Source: Spirochaetia bacterium (GTDB lineage: Bacteria > Spirochaetota > Spirochaetia > CADAEX01). From it: 64,000 nucleotides of DNA. The stretch spans positions 1,248,001 to 1,312,000 of the forward strand of contig OY759746.1 in NCBI GenBank assembly GCA_963662795.1. Reading direction: 5' to 3'. This document shows positions 28,480-38,609 of the stretch, piece by piece. A program made the translations under genes and the position numbers. Under the pieces are notes generated by a model. That model was not told the origin of the DNA. It searched no databases and saw only the letters and a program-made list of their open reading frames with translations. Each line of letters starts with the position of its first letter. Position 1 is the stretch's first letter.

Positions 28480-29186
28480 TGATAGCGCTGCCGATAGCAG
28501 GAAGTTCCAAAACATATGCGGTTGACCCTTCAAAGATAATCGCACTGGGCCTTAACTATCACACTCATATCGCCGAGAGCAAAACAGTGAATGTCCAGGG
28601 GTTTTCAGGAGAAGTACCGGAAGAACCGGTTCTTTTTGCAAAGACCCCCAACGTGCTTGCGGGGAATGGGCAGGCGATAATAATACCCTCTTTTATCAGA
28701 GAATATAAATTCGCCCTACCCAGGGTGGACTATGAAGCGGAGCTTGCGTTAATAATAAGCAGGCAATGCAAAAACGTATCCCCTGATGATGCCTATGATT
28801 ATATTTTAGGCTATACCTGCTTCAACGATGTAAGTCAGAGAAATTTCCAGAAAGATGACAAGGCAGGATGGTTCAGGGGTAAATCTCTTGACACCTTCGG
28901 CCCGGTCGGCCCGCGCCTTGTACTTGCGGATGACCTTCCGGACCCCATGAATCTTGATTTAAAGTGCCGTCTGAACGGCAGGATTGTTCAGGATTCAAAT
29001 ACAAAATACATGATCTTCGGGATTCCTGAAATTGTGGCCTTTGTCTCCAAAAATTTTACCCTTGAGCCGGGTGATATAATCCTCACAGGAACTCCTGCAG
29101 GGGTGGGGCCGATGAAACACGGGGATATAGTGGAAGTCGAGATCGAGAAGATCGGCAAGCTTTCAAATCCTGTAGTGGAAGAATGA
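28476..29186 (+). CDS. Fumarylacetoacetate hydrolase family protein
   Basis: GLNYHTH, DYEAELA, NDVSQR, GKSLDTF, ILTGTPAGV. Confidence 0.92.
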   Translation: MMIALPIAGSSKTYAVDPSKIIALGLNYHTHIAESKTVNVQGFSGEVPEEPVLFAKTPNVLAGNGQAIIIPSFIREYKFALPRVDYEAELALIISRQCKNVSPDDAYDYILGYTCFNDVSQRNFQKDDKAGWFRGKSLDTFGPVGPRLVLADDLPDPMNLDLKCRLNGRIVQDSNTKYMIFGIPEIVAFVSKNFTLEPGDIILTGTPAGVGPMKHGDIVEVEIEKIGKLSNPVVEE

Positions 29187-29202
29187 TATTCTCCCGGCAG
29201 GA

Positions 29203-30606
29203 TTATTCCTCTATTCCATATTGCCTGAAAAGATTCAGAATTGATTTCTGCGGCCCCTTTAGTTCTAGTTTAATGTTTTTTGTTTTAAGGTAGGTGTAGA
29301 TATTGAGGAGGGAGAGAATGCTTTCCTTGTCGATCTGCCTGATCTGCGAGAGATTGAGGACTATCTTCCGGGATTCCCTTTTTATTTCAAGTTTAAGAAT
29401 CTGCTTGAGGTAGAGCATATTGTTTATCGTGAGGTTCCCCTTGAGATGGAATTCTCCGGTACGGCTGCCGTCCATCATTATGCAGAAGGGATTGACCATT
29501 TTTTTGACTTTTATTTTTGTCTTCCGGCTGTCGACAAGCTGTTCAAGGATTTCATTGGTATCCCGGAGCCTCTGCACCAGGCCCTGTATAAGTTCCAGAA
29601 ACCAGTCCGGGATGTTGTAGATGTTGTTATAAAACTCCCTGATATCTATTACATAGACCACGCTTGTCTGGTCCGCTTTAACAGTGGCAGATCTCGCCCC
29701 CTGTTTTATAAGGGACATCTCCCCGATTACATCGCCTGTTTTGGCGTCCGCAAGTTTTACTTTATTTACTGATGTTTCCCTGTAGACTGAAAACGAACCT
29801 GTTTTAACAACATACATTAGGTCGCCGGGATCGCCCTGCCGGATAAGAATTTCGCTGCTTTCAACCCTTTTTGTCGGAATTGCGGTTGTCGTGAGTATGT
29901 CCTGTATACCCTTTATGGTAAGGACTTTATCCCTTATCAGCTGAATATTTTCAACCTTTATTATTAAATCATCCCTGAGGGGACTGGAGGTAAGATTAAG
30001 GAGAAAATTCATTCCTGCCTGATCTATATCGATGACTCCGGAAAAATCGAGAGTCAGCTCCTTTTCCTGTTTCAATTTCAGTTCCCGGATCTTTTTTTTG
30101 ACTTGTTCAACGCCTTTCTCTGTAAGTATCCCCTTAAGAAAAATACTGCCCGGTTTTTTACTGATATCCTGGCTCATTTCAAAATAATCAATTTTATCAT
30201 TTACCGGTTTTTCCATGGATTTATTTTCAGGAGGGCTGATCATGAAATTACCAAGTATTTCTGTTGTTTTTCTGATTCTCCTTACAAGAACTTTGGCAAT
30301 ACTCACAGCCCAGTTGGAAAGGCCAAGGCTGTTGTCTGACAGGATATCTGGGGTTATCATGCTTGCCATTACAGATGATTCAGCTATAACTGTCGCAGTC
30401 CGTGCTATGCCTGTAAGAAAGGACATTTCCCCGATATAATGGCCCGCATAAAGCCTGGTAAGATGAATAAGCTTCTCATCCTTGTTTATGTATACACTTA
30501 CTGAACCGGAGCGGATTATATACATTTCCCGGGATGTATCGCCGGTTTTAAATATCTCATCCCCTTCTTCAAAGCGGACAAGCCTTGTTTTAAGTGTTTC
30601 TTCCAT
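29203..30606 (-). CDS. Tandem cNMP-binding/STAS protein (cNMP-STAS-cNMP-STAS)
   Basis: Two phosphate-binding cassettes (GEMSFL..ARTATV; GEMSLI..ARSATV), each followed by a STAS-like segment (LDFSGVIDID; LNLSQIRQID). Confidence 0.8.
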   Translation of the reverse strand: MEETLKTRLVRFEEGDEIFKTGDTSREMYIIRSGSVSVYINKDEKLIHLTRLYAGHYIGEMSFLTGIARTATVIAESSVMASMITPDILSDNSLGLSNWAVSIAKVLVRRIRKTTEILGNFMISPPENKSMEKPVNDKIDYFEMSQDISKKPGSIFLKGILTEKGVEQVKKKIRELKLKQEKELTLDFSGVIDIDQAGMNFLLNLTSSPLRDDLIIKVENIQLIRDKVLTIKGIQDILTTTAIPTKRVESSEILIRQGDPGDLMYVVKTGSFSVYRETSVNKVKLADAKTGDVIGEMSLIKQGARSATVKADQTSVVYVIDIREFYNNIYNIPDWFLELIQGLVQRLRDTNEILEQLVDSRKTKIKVKKMVNPFCIMMDGSRTGEFHLKGNLTINNMLYLKQILKLEIKRESRKIVLNLSQIRQIDKESILSLLNIYTYLKTKNIKLELKGPQKSILNLFRQYGIEE

Positions 30607-30613
30607 AAGCTAT

Positions 30614-30642
30614 ACTATAGGTTCCGGATTTGCAGTTGTCAA
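30614..30642 (-). promoter_or_regulatory. Sigma70 promoter of the cNMP-STAS gene
   Basis: TTGACA-N17-TATAGT ending 7 nt before the ATG. Confidence 0.65.
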
Positions 30643-30711
30643 TTGTGAAACAGATTCAGGTATTTTTTAAGCAAGAGAATAATATCGGGTAAATTTCATT
30701 TATTTTTTCTT

Positions 30712-31419
30712 TTACTTTTGTGTATTGCTTAAAGGAACCCGGTTAAGCTCATCCCTCAGCTGTTTCCAGTCCGGCAGATACGATGAAAGGATCGTTTTAA
30801 AGTTGCTGTTGTGAAGTCTTTCAAAGTAATGAGTCATCTCATGTACGACAACATACTCAAGACAGTGTTTCGGTTTTTTTGCGAGTTCGAGGTTGAGCCA
30901 GATCTTTTTCTTTTTTATGTTACAGCTGCCCCACCTTGTTTTCATCTGCCTGATCCTGATCTCTCCCGCGCTTATCCCCATTTTCTTTTCCCATCCGGCT
31001 ACAATAGCGGAAAGCTGTTTTTTCATCTCCCTGCGGTAAAAGGCATTCATTACCTCGTGCCGTTTTTCCACTCCGCTGCCTGGTTTAACGTAAAGGGCAA
31101 GAGAATCTCCCCGCACCTCAACCTTTGCGCGCCCCGCTGTTTCGATTACATCAAGGAAGTATCTCTTTCCCTGGAAGAAATGGCACTCCCTGTTTTTATA
31201 CTCCCTTTCGGCAAGCTTCTCATAGCCTGCGAATTTAAGCTGCCGCCTTTTTATCCAGGGAAGCTTTGATATCACAAACTGCCTGACCTTATCGTCGCTT
31301 ACCCTTGCCGGTGCTGAAACCCTGACCCTTCCGTCCGCCGCATAGATAGTCAGACGGATGGTTTTAACATCTTTTTTAGTGAGCTCAATTGTGATGTCAT
31401 TGATTGTAATCTGTTTCAT
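30712..31419 (-). CDS. YgjP/DUF45-family metal-dependent hydrolase
   Basis: VRVSAP, MKTRWGSCN, YVVVHEMTH (HExxH), PDWK. Confidence 0.9.
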   Translation of the reverse strand: MKQITINDITIELTKKDVKTIRLTIYAADGRVRVSAPARVSDDKVRQFVISKLPWIKRRQLKFAGYEKLAEREYKNRECHFFQGKRYFLDVIETAGRAKVEVRGDSLALYVKPGSGVEKRHEVMNAFYRREMKKQLSAIVAGWEKKMGISAGEIRIRQMKTRWGSCNIKKKKIWLNLELAKKPKHCLEYVVVHEMTHYFERLHNSNFKTILSSYLPDWKQLRDELNRVPLSNTQK

Positions 31420-31437
31420 AAATAACGCATCAAATAA

Positions 31438-32223
31438 TCAGGAATTAATGCCGTTGCGGATTCTCTCAAGCTCATCAGCCATAACCTGACGGCTTTTCCG
31501 TGCAAGCTCTTCCGGCTTCTCTCCAGGTGTGACAGGGATTGGAGGAAGGATGTGGATGGTGATGTCCCTCCTCTTGTTCAGGAGAAAACCCTTTTTGGGA
31601 AGAATCTGGTAAGGGCCGTCAATTACGACAGGAAGCAGGGCAGTGCCGGTGCCTGACGCTGACTTGAATGCCCCTTTTTTGTATTCTCCGATTTCTCCGT
31701 CTTTTGTTCTTGTCCCTTCAGGGAAGACAAGAATGGAGTCCCCGTTCTTCATCATTTTTTCCATCCGGCGGATTGCGCTGAACTGGCTTTTTATTTTCTT
31801 CCGGTCAACCATTATGTGGCCGCTTAGGAAAAGGTTCCATCCTACAATCGGAACAAACGCAAGTGCCATTTTACCGATCATCTTTACGGGATAGAAAAGA
31901 CGGAAAGCGATTAATACATCGATAAGAGACTGATGATTCATTATTACAACATGAGGTTTTTTCCTGTCAAGATGTTCCTTTCCCTGAAGTTCAACTTTCC
32001 AGAGCGGCCCGAGGGCAAGAGCAAGAGCGCACCAGAGGGACGAGTGGTAATGCATAATTCTCCTTCTTCTGTCAAAAGGAGCGGTAAGGATAAAGAGGGC
32101 AAGCTGGAAAGGGAAAAACATAACAAAGCACATTACAATTTCAAACCAGGTAAGAAGCGACAATAAAACAACCAAGGGATTCTCCTTGCCTTCCGGAAAC
32201 GCAAAAGCATAACGCAGGGCCAT
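31438..32223 (-). CDS. 1-acyl-sn-glycerol-3-phosphate acyltransferase (PlsC family)
   Basis: NHQSLID (HX4D), FPEGTR. The start is uncertain (32223 ATG vs 32271). Confidence 0.88.
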   Translation of the reverse strand: MALRYAFAFPEGKENPLVVLLSLLTWFEIVMCFVMFFPFQLALFILTAPFDRRRRIMHYHSSLWCALALALGPLWKVELQGKEHLDRKKPHVVIMNHQSLIDVLIAFRLFYPVKMIGKMALAFVPIVGWNLFLSGHIMVDRKKIKSQFSAIRRMEKMMKNGDSILVFPEGTRTKDGEIGEYKKGAFKSASGTGTALLPVVIDGPYQILPKKGFLLNKRRDITIHILPPIPVTPGEKPEELARKSRQVMADELERIRNGINS

Positions 32224-32515
32224 TGTCCGGCGATTCTGCTGAAGATACTGATGCAAATACCTGGAAAACATTTTTAATTCAGGAATATGTCACACTGCCG
32301 TGAAGCGGTATGCTGTAACCTGATTTTAAAAATATAATACCATATAAAAAGGGATTTAATAAACCTTTTAAAAAGATGGGCCCTGCAGAGGCAGGAAAAA
32401 TTAAAAAGAAATAAAGGGTCTGTCAGCTTCCCCTGAAACTGGGCAACACCCCTGTATCCAGCAGTGCAGAACCGGATTCTCCCCTGCGCAGGCGTCCCGG
32501 CAGGCTGCTTAACAG

Positions 32516-32551
32516 AAAAAACCCCCGGATCAGATTTCCTCACCGGGGGTT
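32516..32551 (-). terminator. Rho-independent terminator after the BMP gene
   Basis: Minus strand AACCCCCGG-loop-CCGGGGGTTTTTT. Confidence 0.7.
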
Positions 32552-32612
32552 CATATATTAAAAATCCCGGCCTGATTTAATTATCAGCCGGAGACTTTTT
32601 TTATATTTCTGA

Positions 32613-33812
32613 TCAGTTGGTCTTGGGAAGCTTTGACGCAACATTATCTGCAAAATACATTATGTTGAGGAGATGGGCTTTATCTCCCTTTTCCCCTTCC
32701 TTGATCTGGACATTTCCTTCGTTATCAACGATCGGGCCTGTAAAGGGCTCAAATTCAACAGGTGATTTTTCCATCTGGGCAAGTCTTTTTTCAACAAGGT
32801 CATATATGCTGATTTCACCGAATTCCTTGCTTTGTGTTTTCACCGCCTGGAGGTCATCAACAAATTTGGAATTGATTTTTTCATCAAAAGTCCCGCCGAG
32901 AGCTACAGCTTTTTCAGCAACAAGCCACCAGAGGTCCTCATTTGTCCATGTTCCGTCATAGATATCCTTAAGTGTTTTTTCATACATTACACCCCAGTCG
33001 GCAAGCTGTCCGGAAACAACACTGTCTTTTCCGTATTCCTGCATCGGGCTGTAGTGGCTGAATGTGTAAATCTGGTTTCCTTTTTCTGTGTGTTCCTGTC
33101 CAACTTCAATAACAGCAGGTGTATCTTCTGTAAAAGCAAGAGTATCGCATCCTTCGGCTATAAGGGCTTCCGCAGCTTCACGTGCCTTGTCAGGGCCATA
33201 CCACGCATAGGTCCACTTTACATATACCTTTGCATTGGGATTTACTTCCTTGATACCGATGGAGAACGCTGCGATGTGCCTGTAAAGTTCAGGAATCGGG
33301 AACGCTGCTACATAGCCGATTTTATCGCTTTTTGTAAGGGCAGCCGCCATAAGTCCGTTAAGGTAGTACATCTGATAGAGATCGCCGAAATATGTTCCGA
33401 CGTTTGCGCTCTGCTTAAAACCCGAGCAGTGCATGAATTTTGTGTCTGGATATTTTTCACCGGCCTTGATTGTGTCATCCATGTATCCAAAGCTTGTAGT
33501 AAAAACAACATCACATTTTTCTTCCTGGACAAGCCTGTCGATAATTCTCAGGCTGTCTGATTCAGCAACACTTTCAACATATACTGTTTCAAGCCAGGGG
33601 AATTTGCTCTCAGCGTATTTTCTCCCTACATCGTGGGCATGGGAAAAACCGTAATCGCCTACAGGCCCTACATAAACAAATCCAGCTTTTATCTTTTTCT
33701 CAGCTGCAGTGTCTTCTTTTGCGGTTTTGCTGCAGCCTGTGATAAGAGCGAGGCTAAAAACGGCAATCAGTACAATTATGACTGTACTTATTCTTTTACC
33801 GGGTTTCATCAA
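32613..33812 (-). CDS. BMP-family ABC substrate-binding lipoprotein (probably nucleoside-binding)
   Basis: Lipobox ITGC, GFVYVGPVGDYG, FTTSFGY, IGYVAAFPIPE, PFTGPI. Confidence 0.92.
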   Translation of the reverse strand: MMKPGKRISTVIIVLIAVFSLALITGCSKTAKEDTAAEKKIKAGFVYVGPVGDYGFSHAHDVGRKYAESKFPWLETVYVESVAESDSLRIIDRLVQEEKCDVVFTTSFGYMDDTIKAGEKYPDTKFMHCSGFKQSANVGTYFGDLYQMYYLNGLMAAALTKSDKIGYVAAFPIPELYRHIAAFSIGIKEVNPNAKVYVKWTYAWYGPDKAREAAEALIAEGCDTLAFTEDTPAVIEVGQEHTEKGNQIYTFSHYSPMQEYGKDSVVSGQLADWGVMYEKTLKDIYDGTWTNEDLWWLVAEKAVALGGTFDEKINSKFVDDLQAVKTQSKEFGEISIYDLVEKRLAQMEKSPVEFEPFTGPIVDNEGNVQIKEGEKGDKAHLLNIMYFADNVASKLPKTN

Positions 33813-33883
33813 TTATTTCTCCTTTTTTTGTGTATATGACAGGCTAAAGCGACAGAGCCCTCTTTGTCAATATCATTCCCTTT

Positions 33884-35908
33884 TCAGTGCCTGTTTCCAA
33901 TAACAACACTGCTGAAAATTTCATTATTCAGGTAATCGTATCCCGCATAAGCGGTAAAAAAGAGGGAGGTAAGACCTATGAACGAAATATTGAGGTCAAT
34001 GGAAAGTCCTGAGGAAAAGCCGCCTTTATCTGTTTCAAAATAATCACAGAATGCAGATGCGGCAAAATCCTTCACAAGGAGGATTTCCCCGAAGGAGAGC
34101 GCTGTCCCGGTTCTGAAAGTAAGGCTGTTGTTTGTAACCAGAACCCTCTCAAAACTCCCTTCCCTTGTGTATCCGCGAAGGCCGTCGTTTTTATATAGCG
34201 AGATAAGCTCTTCCTGGTCAAAAGGGACTCTGAGAACTGATCTCTGGTCAATATAGAATTTCCCTATGGTTTTTATTTTAAAATCATTTTCAATTCCGGC
34301 TCCGACTGTATTCTGATACTGATTAAACCAGTAAGGTGAGATAAAATAATCCCCGGCGTAAAAATTACAGCCTCCCCTTGTAAACCCCTCCTGAAGCTCA
34401 GGATCCCTCTCCCTTGAATACAGCTCCTCACTTACGGCAAAAAGGCGAAAACCTTTTTCTCCGTCATCTGTTATATTCAAATCCGCCCTGTTGTAAATAA
34501 GGGTTTTATCATAGCTGAAATCTTCCCAGCCGGCTGTAATCCTGTTTTTAAATACAAGCATGCCGAATACTGCAAAATCCGCTCTTGCGTCAAGGCCGTA
34601 CTGATCGTCAGGCGACCAGTACTCCCTTATCCCGGCCTGAAAATATCCAAGTTCAGCGGACTGCCCGAGAAAAAGATAGTTTGAATCATCAAGATAATAA
34701 TCATCCCTGATTCCTCCGTACATATCAAAGCCGGCATACATTCTTCCCGATATTTCCTTCTGTGGGATTATTCCTGTTCTTTTATATTCTCTGGTTATCA
34801 CTTCAAACCTATCTTCAAGATCACGGCGCTTATCCTGAAGGGTTTCAAGTCTTTTATTGTCCCATGTAATGCCCTGCCTGAAACCCTTTTCTTCAAGCAG
34901 CGCCGCCGCCTTATCCGCAGACTCATATCCCCTGTCAATTATGGTTTCAATTTTCTGAAAATCCATAAATGAAAAATTTTCAACATCACAGCGGATAAGC
35001 ACGGTATCAGTATTTTTAAGCTGCCCTATCCCTTTTCTTGTTTTACCGATGTCAAAGGCCCTGTTTATTATTGTTACAAAGTTTCTGTAATCGTTATCAC
35101 GGTTATAGAAGGCGGTCGAGACGATAATTCTGTCTGTATATTCTGATGCCGCATCAACCGGGGTTAGATTTGTGACCCCCCCGTCAATCAGTGTCATTCC
35201 GTTGTATCTTACAGGCGGAAAGCTGAACGGCATGGAGATGCTGGCCTGCATTATCTGATAAAAATCACCTTCCATAAAAATAATCTGCCGCCTGGTTTCG
35301 AGGTCTTCTGAAATTATCGCGACAGGTATTTCGAGATCTTTAAGATCAAGCTCCCCGAAAAGCCTGTAAAGCTGCGAAATGTATCTGCTTGTGTCAAGAA
35401 CTCCCCCGTTCAGGGGAATTTCGGGGCGGAAAAGAGCGTCCGAAGGATATTCAGTAATAATTTTTTCAATTAAATCGGGGGATGCCCCTGCAGCGTAAAG
35501 AAGCGCGACTATGGAACCCATGGAGTTAGCGACAATAAAGTCAGGGATTATCCCTTCCTCTTCGAGCCGCCTGAGCACACCTATGTGGGCAAAAGCGCGG
35601 GCCGCCCCGCCGGAAAAAACAAGCCCGATCGGTTTTTCACTGCTTCCCGATGAAAGCGGTGTTTCCGGGTGTCTTTCTGATATCCTTTTTACAAACTGTT
35701 CCCTGCCGAAGTAAACGGGAACATCTGTCATGAAGAGCGGATCTTCTGATTGAGACTGCGCGGGAGAGGCTAAAAGTGTTTCTGAAACGGATTCCGAAGA
35801 ATTCGGCAAAGCCTGCGCGGATGGGGAATCCTCCAGGGCATAAAGCGGCGATAAAAAAAAGAGAGGCAGAACACTTGCGGAAAAGAATAATATAAAAAAC
35901 TTTTTCAT
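33884..35908 (-). CDS. Exported patatin-like phospholipase with a C-terminal beta-rich domain
   Basis: Signal peptide; SGGAARAFAHIG, ANSMG nucleophile elbow, DGG; C-terminus rich in alternating aromatic residues. Confidence 0.82.
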   Translation of the reverse strand: MKKFFILFFSASVLPLFFLSPLYALEDSPSAQALPNSSESVSETLLASPAQSQSEDPLFMTDVPVYFGREQFVKRISERHPETPLSSGSSEKPIGLVFSGGAARAFAHIGVLRRLEEEGIIPDFIVANSMGSIVALLYAAGASPDLIEKIITEYPSDALFRPEIPLNGGVLDTSRYISQLYRLFGELDLKDLEIPVAIISEDLETRRQIIFMEGDFYQIMQASISMPFSFPPVRYNGMTLIDGGVTNLTPVDAASEYTDRIIVSTAFYNRDNDYRNFVTIINRAFDIGKTRKGIGQLKNTDTVLIRCDVENFSFMDFQKIETIIDRGYESADKAAALLEEKGFRQGITWDNKRLETLQDKRRDLEDRFEVITREYKRTGIIPQKEISGRMYAGFDMYGGIRDDYYLDDSNYLFLGQSAELGYFQAGIREYWSPDDQYGLDARADFAVFGMLVFKNRITAGWEDFSYDKTLIYNRADLNITDDGEKGFRLFAVSEELYSRERDPELQEGFTRGGCNFYAGDYFISPYWFNQYQNTVGAGIENDFKIKTIGKFYIDQRSVLRVPFDQEELISLYKNDGLRGYTREGSFERVLVTNNSLTFRTGTALSFGEILLVKDFAASAFCDYFETDKGGFSSGLSIDLNISFIGLTSLFFTAYAGYDYLNNEIFSSVVIGNRH

Positions 35909-35950
35909 CTGTTCACCGCCTGTCCGGTTCCATACCGCAGAATTTCCAGC

Positions 35951-37159
35951 CTATTTTTCAATTTCAAAAAGCCTGTAAAGAAGTGATAACGCAAATGAAA
36001 AACTTTCCTTTATGTCCGCTTTAAACATGCACGGGGCACTTTCCCCTGCCCCTGTATTCCCGTCCTTAGTGTAAAGCAAAAGAGGAACATACTCCCGTGT
36101 GTGGTCTGTCCCTTTAAACGAGGGGTCGCATCCGTGGTCCGCTGTTACGATCAGCGAATCCCCTTTATCAAGTAATGAGGCGATCTCCTCAAGGCCCTTG
36201 TCCGCATCTGTTACCGCGTCAAAATATCCTTTGACATCGCGTCTGTGCCCATAATACATATCTGTATCAACAAGGTTTACAAAAATAAACCTGTCTTCAT
36301 TCTCTTTACCTGCCGGCTTATCCTTTTCCTGTGTTTCCGATAGAAGAGATAAAGTTTTCTCAAGGCAGGCCTTGTTTCCCTTGACTCCGAAGCTTTCCGA
36401 TAATCCCTGTCTGTTAAAAATATCGCCTATCTTCCCGACCCCGATTGTTTTTACCCCGGCTGCCTGCAGCCGGTCAAGCGCGGTTTTACCGGGAAGATCG
36501 ATGCTGAAGTCGTGCCTCCCCTCCGTCCTTGTAAAGCCGTCCTTTTTGTTACCTGTAAACGGCCTTGCGATAACGCGCCCCACCATGAAGGGATCGCAGA
36601 TTTTCCTTGCCTTTCTGCACATCTCATAGAGTTTTTCAGCCGGAATGACATCCTCATGAGATGCTATCTGCAGCACGGAATCGGATGACGTGTAGATGAT
36701 TGGAAATCCAGTTTCAAGGTGCTTTCCCCCGAGTTCCTTTATTATCTCTGTCCCGGATGCCGCGAAGTTGCCAAGATATCCGGAAGACACTTCCCTTAAG
36801 AAAGCATCGGTAAGTTCTTTCGGGAAGGATGGAAAATCGGGCGGAAATGTTGTAAAGGGCTTATCAAGTATTATCCCGGCAAGTTCCCAGTGGCCGGTCG
36901 TTGTATCTTTTCCCGGCGATTTTTCAGCCATTACGCAGTAGTCCGCTAACGGCGCAGAAACTGGGGGGCAGCCGGGGAGAGGATTCCCCAGTATTTCCGA
37001 AGCATTTCCAAGCCCGAGGCTCGTGAGGAACGGCCATTTTGACTCCGGTATGCTTTCACAGATGTGAAGAGCAGTATTTGCACCTTCGTCCCCGTAAAGA
37101 GGGGCATCCGGCAGGGCTCCGATTCCGAAGCTGTCGATCACAATAAGCACTACATCCAT
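35951..37159 (-). CDS. deoB: Phosphopentomutase
   Basis: VIDSFGIG, GKDTTTGHWE, YTSSDSV, GRVIARPF, YGHRRD, ADHGCDP, DHTREYVP. Confidence 0.95.
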   Translation of the reverse strand: MDVVLIVIDSFGIGALPDAPLYGDEGANTALHICESIPESKWPFLTSLGLGNASEILGNPLPGCPPVSAPLADYCVMAEKSPGKDTTTGHWELAGIILDKPFTTFPPDFPSFPKELTDAFLREVSSGYLGNFAASGTEIIKELGGKHLETGFPIIYTSSDSVLQIASHEDVIPAEKLYEMCRKARKICDPFMVGRVIARPFTGNKKDGFTRTEGRHDFSIDLPGKTALDRLQAAGVKTIGVGKIGDIFNRQGLSESFGVKGNKACLEKTLSLLSETQEKDKPAGKENEDRFIFVNLVDTDMYYGHRRDVKGYFDAVTDADKGLEEIASLLDKGDSLIVTADHGCDPSFKGTDHTREYVPLLLYTKDGNTGAGESAPCMFKADIKESFSFALSLLYRLFEIEK

Positions 37160-37175
37160 AATTTACCTGTTATTT

Positions 37176-38483
37176 TTATTCCTCAATTATTGTATATATA
37201 AGAGGCAGCTCTTCCGTCTGTTCACCGGTAATTTTATATGCCGCTTTAAACAGTCTTTTCGCCTCTTCAAACCTCTCCGGATTATTTACATGAAAAACAG
37301 CAAGCTCATCCCCTTTTTTGACAAAATCCCCAAGCCGTTTTGTAAGCCATATCCCGACAGCAGGGTCTATCACATCATCTTTCGCCGCCCTGCCTGCTCC
37401 CAGCAGCATCGCGGATAAACCGATATCTGCTGTATCTATTTCATTTATAAAACCGGTTTTATCAGCTTTAACACTTATCTTTGCTTCTGCCTGTGGAAGG
37501 AGGGAGAGGTCTTCAACAACTGCGGGGTCCCCTCCCTGCGCCCTGATCATCTGCGCAAGTTTTACAAGTGCCTTGCCTGAAACCAGGGCATCCTCAACTT
37601 TTTCCATTGCTTCGCTTTCACTTGTGCATATACCTGACAATATCAGCATTCTGGCGGCAAGGGTAAACGCAATTACCTTGAGGTCGCATTCATATTTCCC
37701 CTGAAGCACCTCAACCGCTTCCCTTACCTCAAGCGCGTTTCCGACGCTGCTTCCCAGCGGCTGGTTCATATCAGTTACTATACCGACAGTTTTTCTTCCT
37801 GCAAGTTTTCCAATTTCAACCATTGCTTCGGCCAGTTTAATCGAGTCGCTTATCTTTTTCATGAACGCGCCGCTGCCTGTTTTTATATCAAGGACTATAG
37901 CGTCGCTTCCTGACGCTATTTTCTTGCTCATTATACTTGATGCGATAAGGGAAATATTATCCACAGTTCCTGTAACGTCGCGCAGCGCATAAAGTTTTTT
38001 ATCCGCCGGTACAAGAAAATTGCTCTGCCCCATAACAGAAAGGCCGATATCAGATACGTTTGAGATAAACTCTTCCATCCCGAGTTGTACCGAGAAACCC
38101 GGAATCGACTCAAGTTTATCAAGAGTCCCGCCGGTGTGGCCGAGTCCGCGTCCTGACATCTTCGCGACTTTACCTCCGCAGGCTGCGACAAGGGGGGCGG
38201 TGATCAGTGTTGTCCCGTCGCTCACCCCCCCGGTTGAATGCTTGTCCACTTTTATCCCGGGAATAGCGGAGAGGTCAATAAGATCACCCGAGTTTGCCAT
38301 GGAGAGGGTCAGATCTGCCGTCTCACGGCTGTCCATCCCCCTGAACCATATTGCCATAAGAAGGGCAGAGGCCTGATAGTCAGGAACAGTTCCGTCCACA
38401 TATCCTTTTACAAAAAAATCAATCTCTTCTCCGGAAAGGGATTCTCCCGTTTTCTTTTTGTTTATAATATCTGTTATAAGCAT
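37176..38483 (-). CDS. pdp: Pyrimidine-nucleoside (thymidine) phosphorylase
   Basis: DKHSTGGV, KMSGRGLGHTGGTLDKLESIPG, YALRDVT, SIMSKK. Confidence 0.95.
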   Translation of the reverse strand: MLITDIINKKKTGESLSGEEIDFFVKGYVDGTVPDYQASALLMAIWFRGMDSRETADLTLSMANSGDLIDLSAIPGIKVDKHSTGGVSDGTTLITAPLVAACGGKVAKMSGRGLGHTGGTLDKLESIPGFSVQLGMEEFISNVSDIGLSVMGQSNFLVPADKKLYALRDVTGTVDNISLIASSIMSKKIASGSDAIVLDIKTGSGAFMKKISDSIKLAEAMVEIGKLAGRKTVGIVTDMNQPLGSSVGNALEVREAVEVLQGKYECDLKVIAFTLAARMLILSGICTSESEAMEKVEDALVSGKALVKLAQMIRAQGGDPAVVEDLSLLPQAEAKISVKADKTGFINEIDTADIGLSAMLLGAGRAAKDDVIDPAVGIWLTKRLGDFVKKGDELAVFHVNNPERFEEAKRLFKAAYKITGEQTEELPLIYTIIEE

Positions 38484-38609
38484 GTTTCTATTTTAAAGCC
38501 AATATCATTCATTTACAATAACATATTACAGCAACAGAGTTTAAAAATTTCTGTCCGCAGGCTGTCAGCAAAGCCGGATAAGTCTTCCGGCAGATTTAAC
38601 AGGATGTTT

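Noticed and set aside
32274-32543. 89-aa ORF or riboswitch in the GC-rich spacer upstream of the acyltransferase
   Set aside because: The ORF starts inside a terminator and has no motif; no cobalamin, TPP, SAM or purine riboswitch consensus was recognised.
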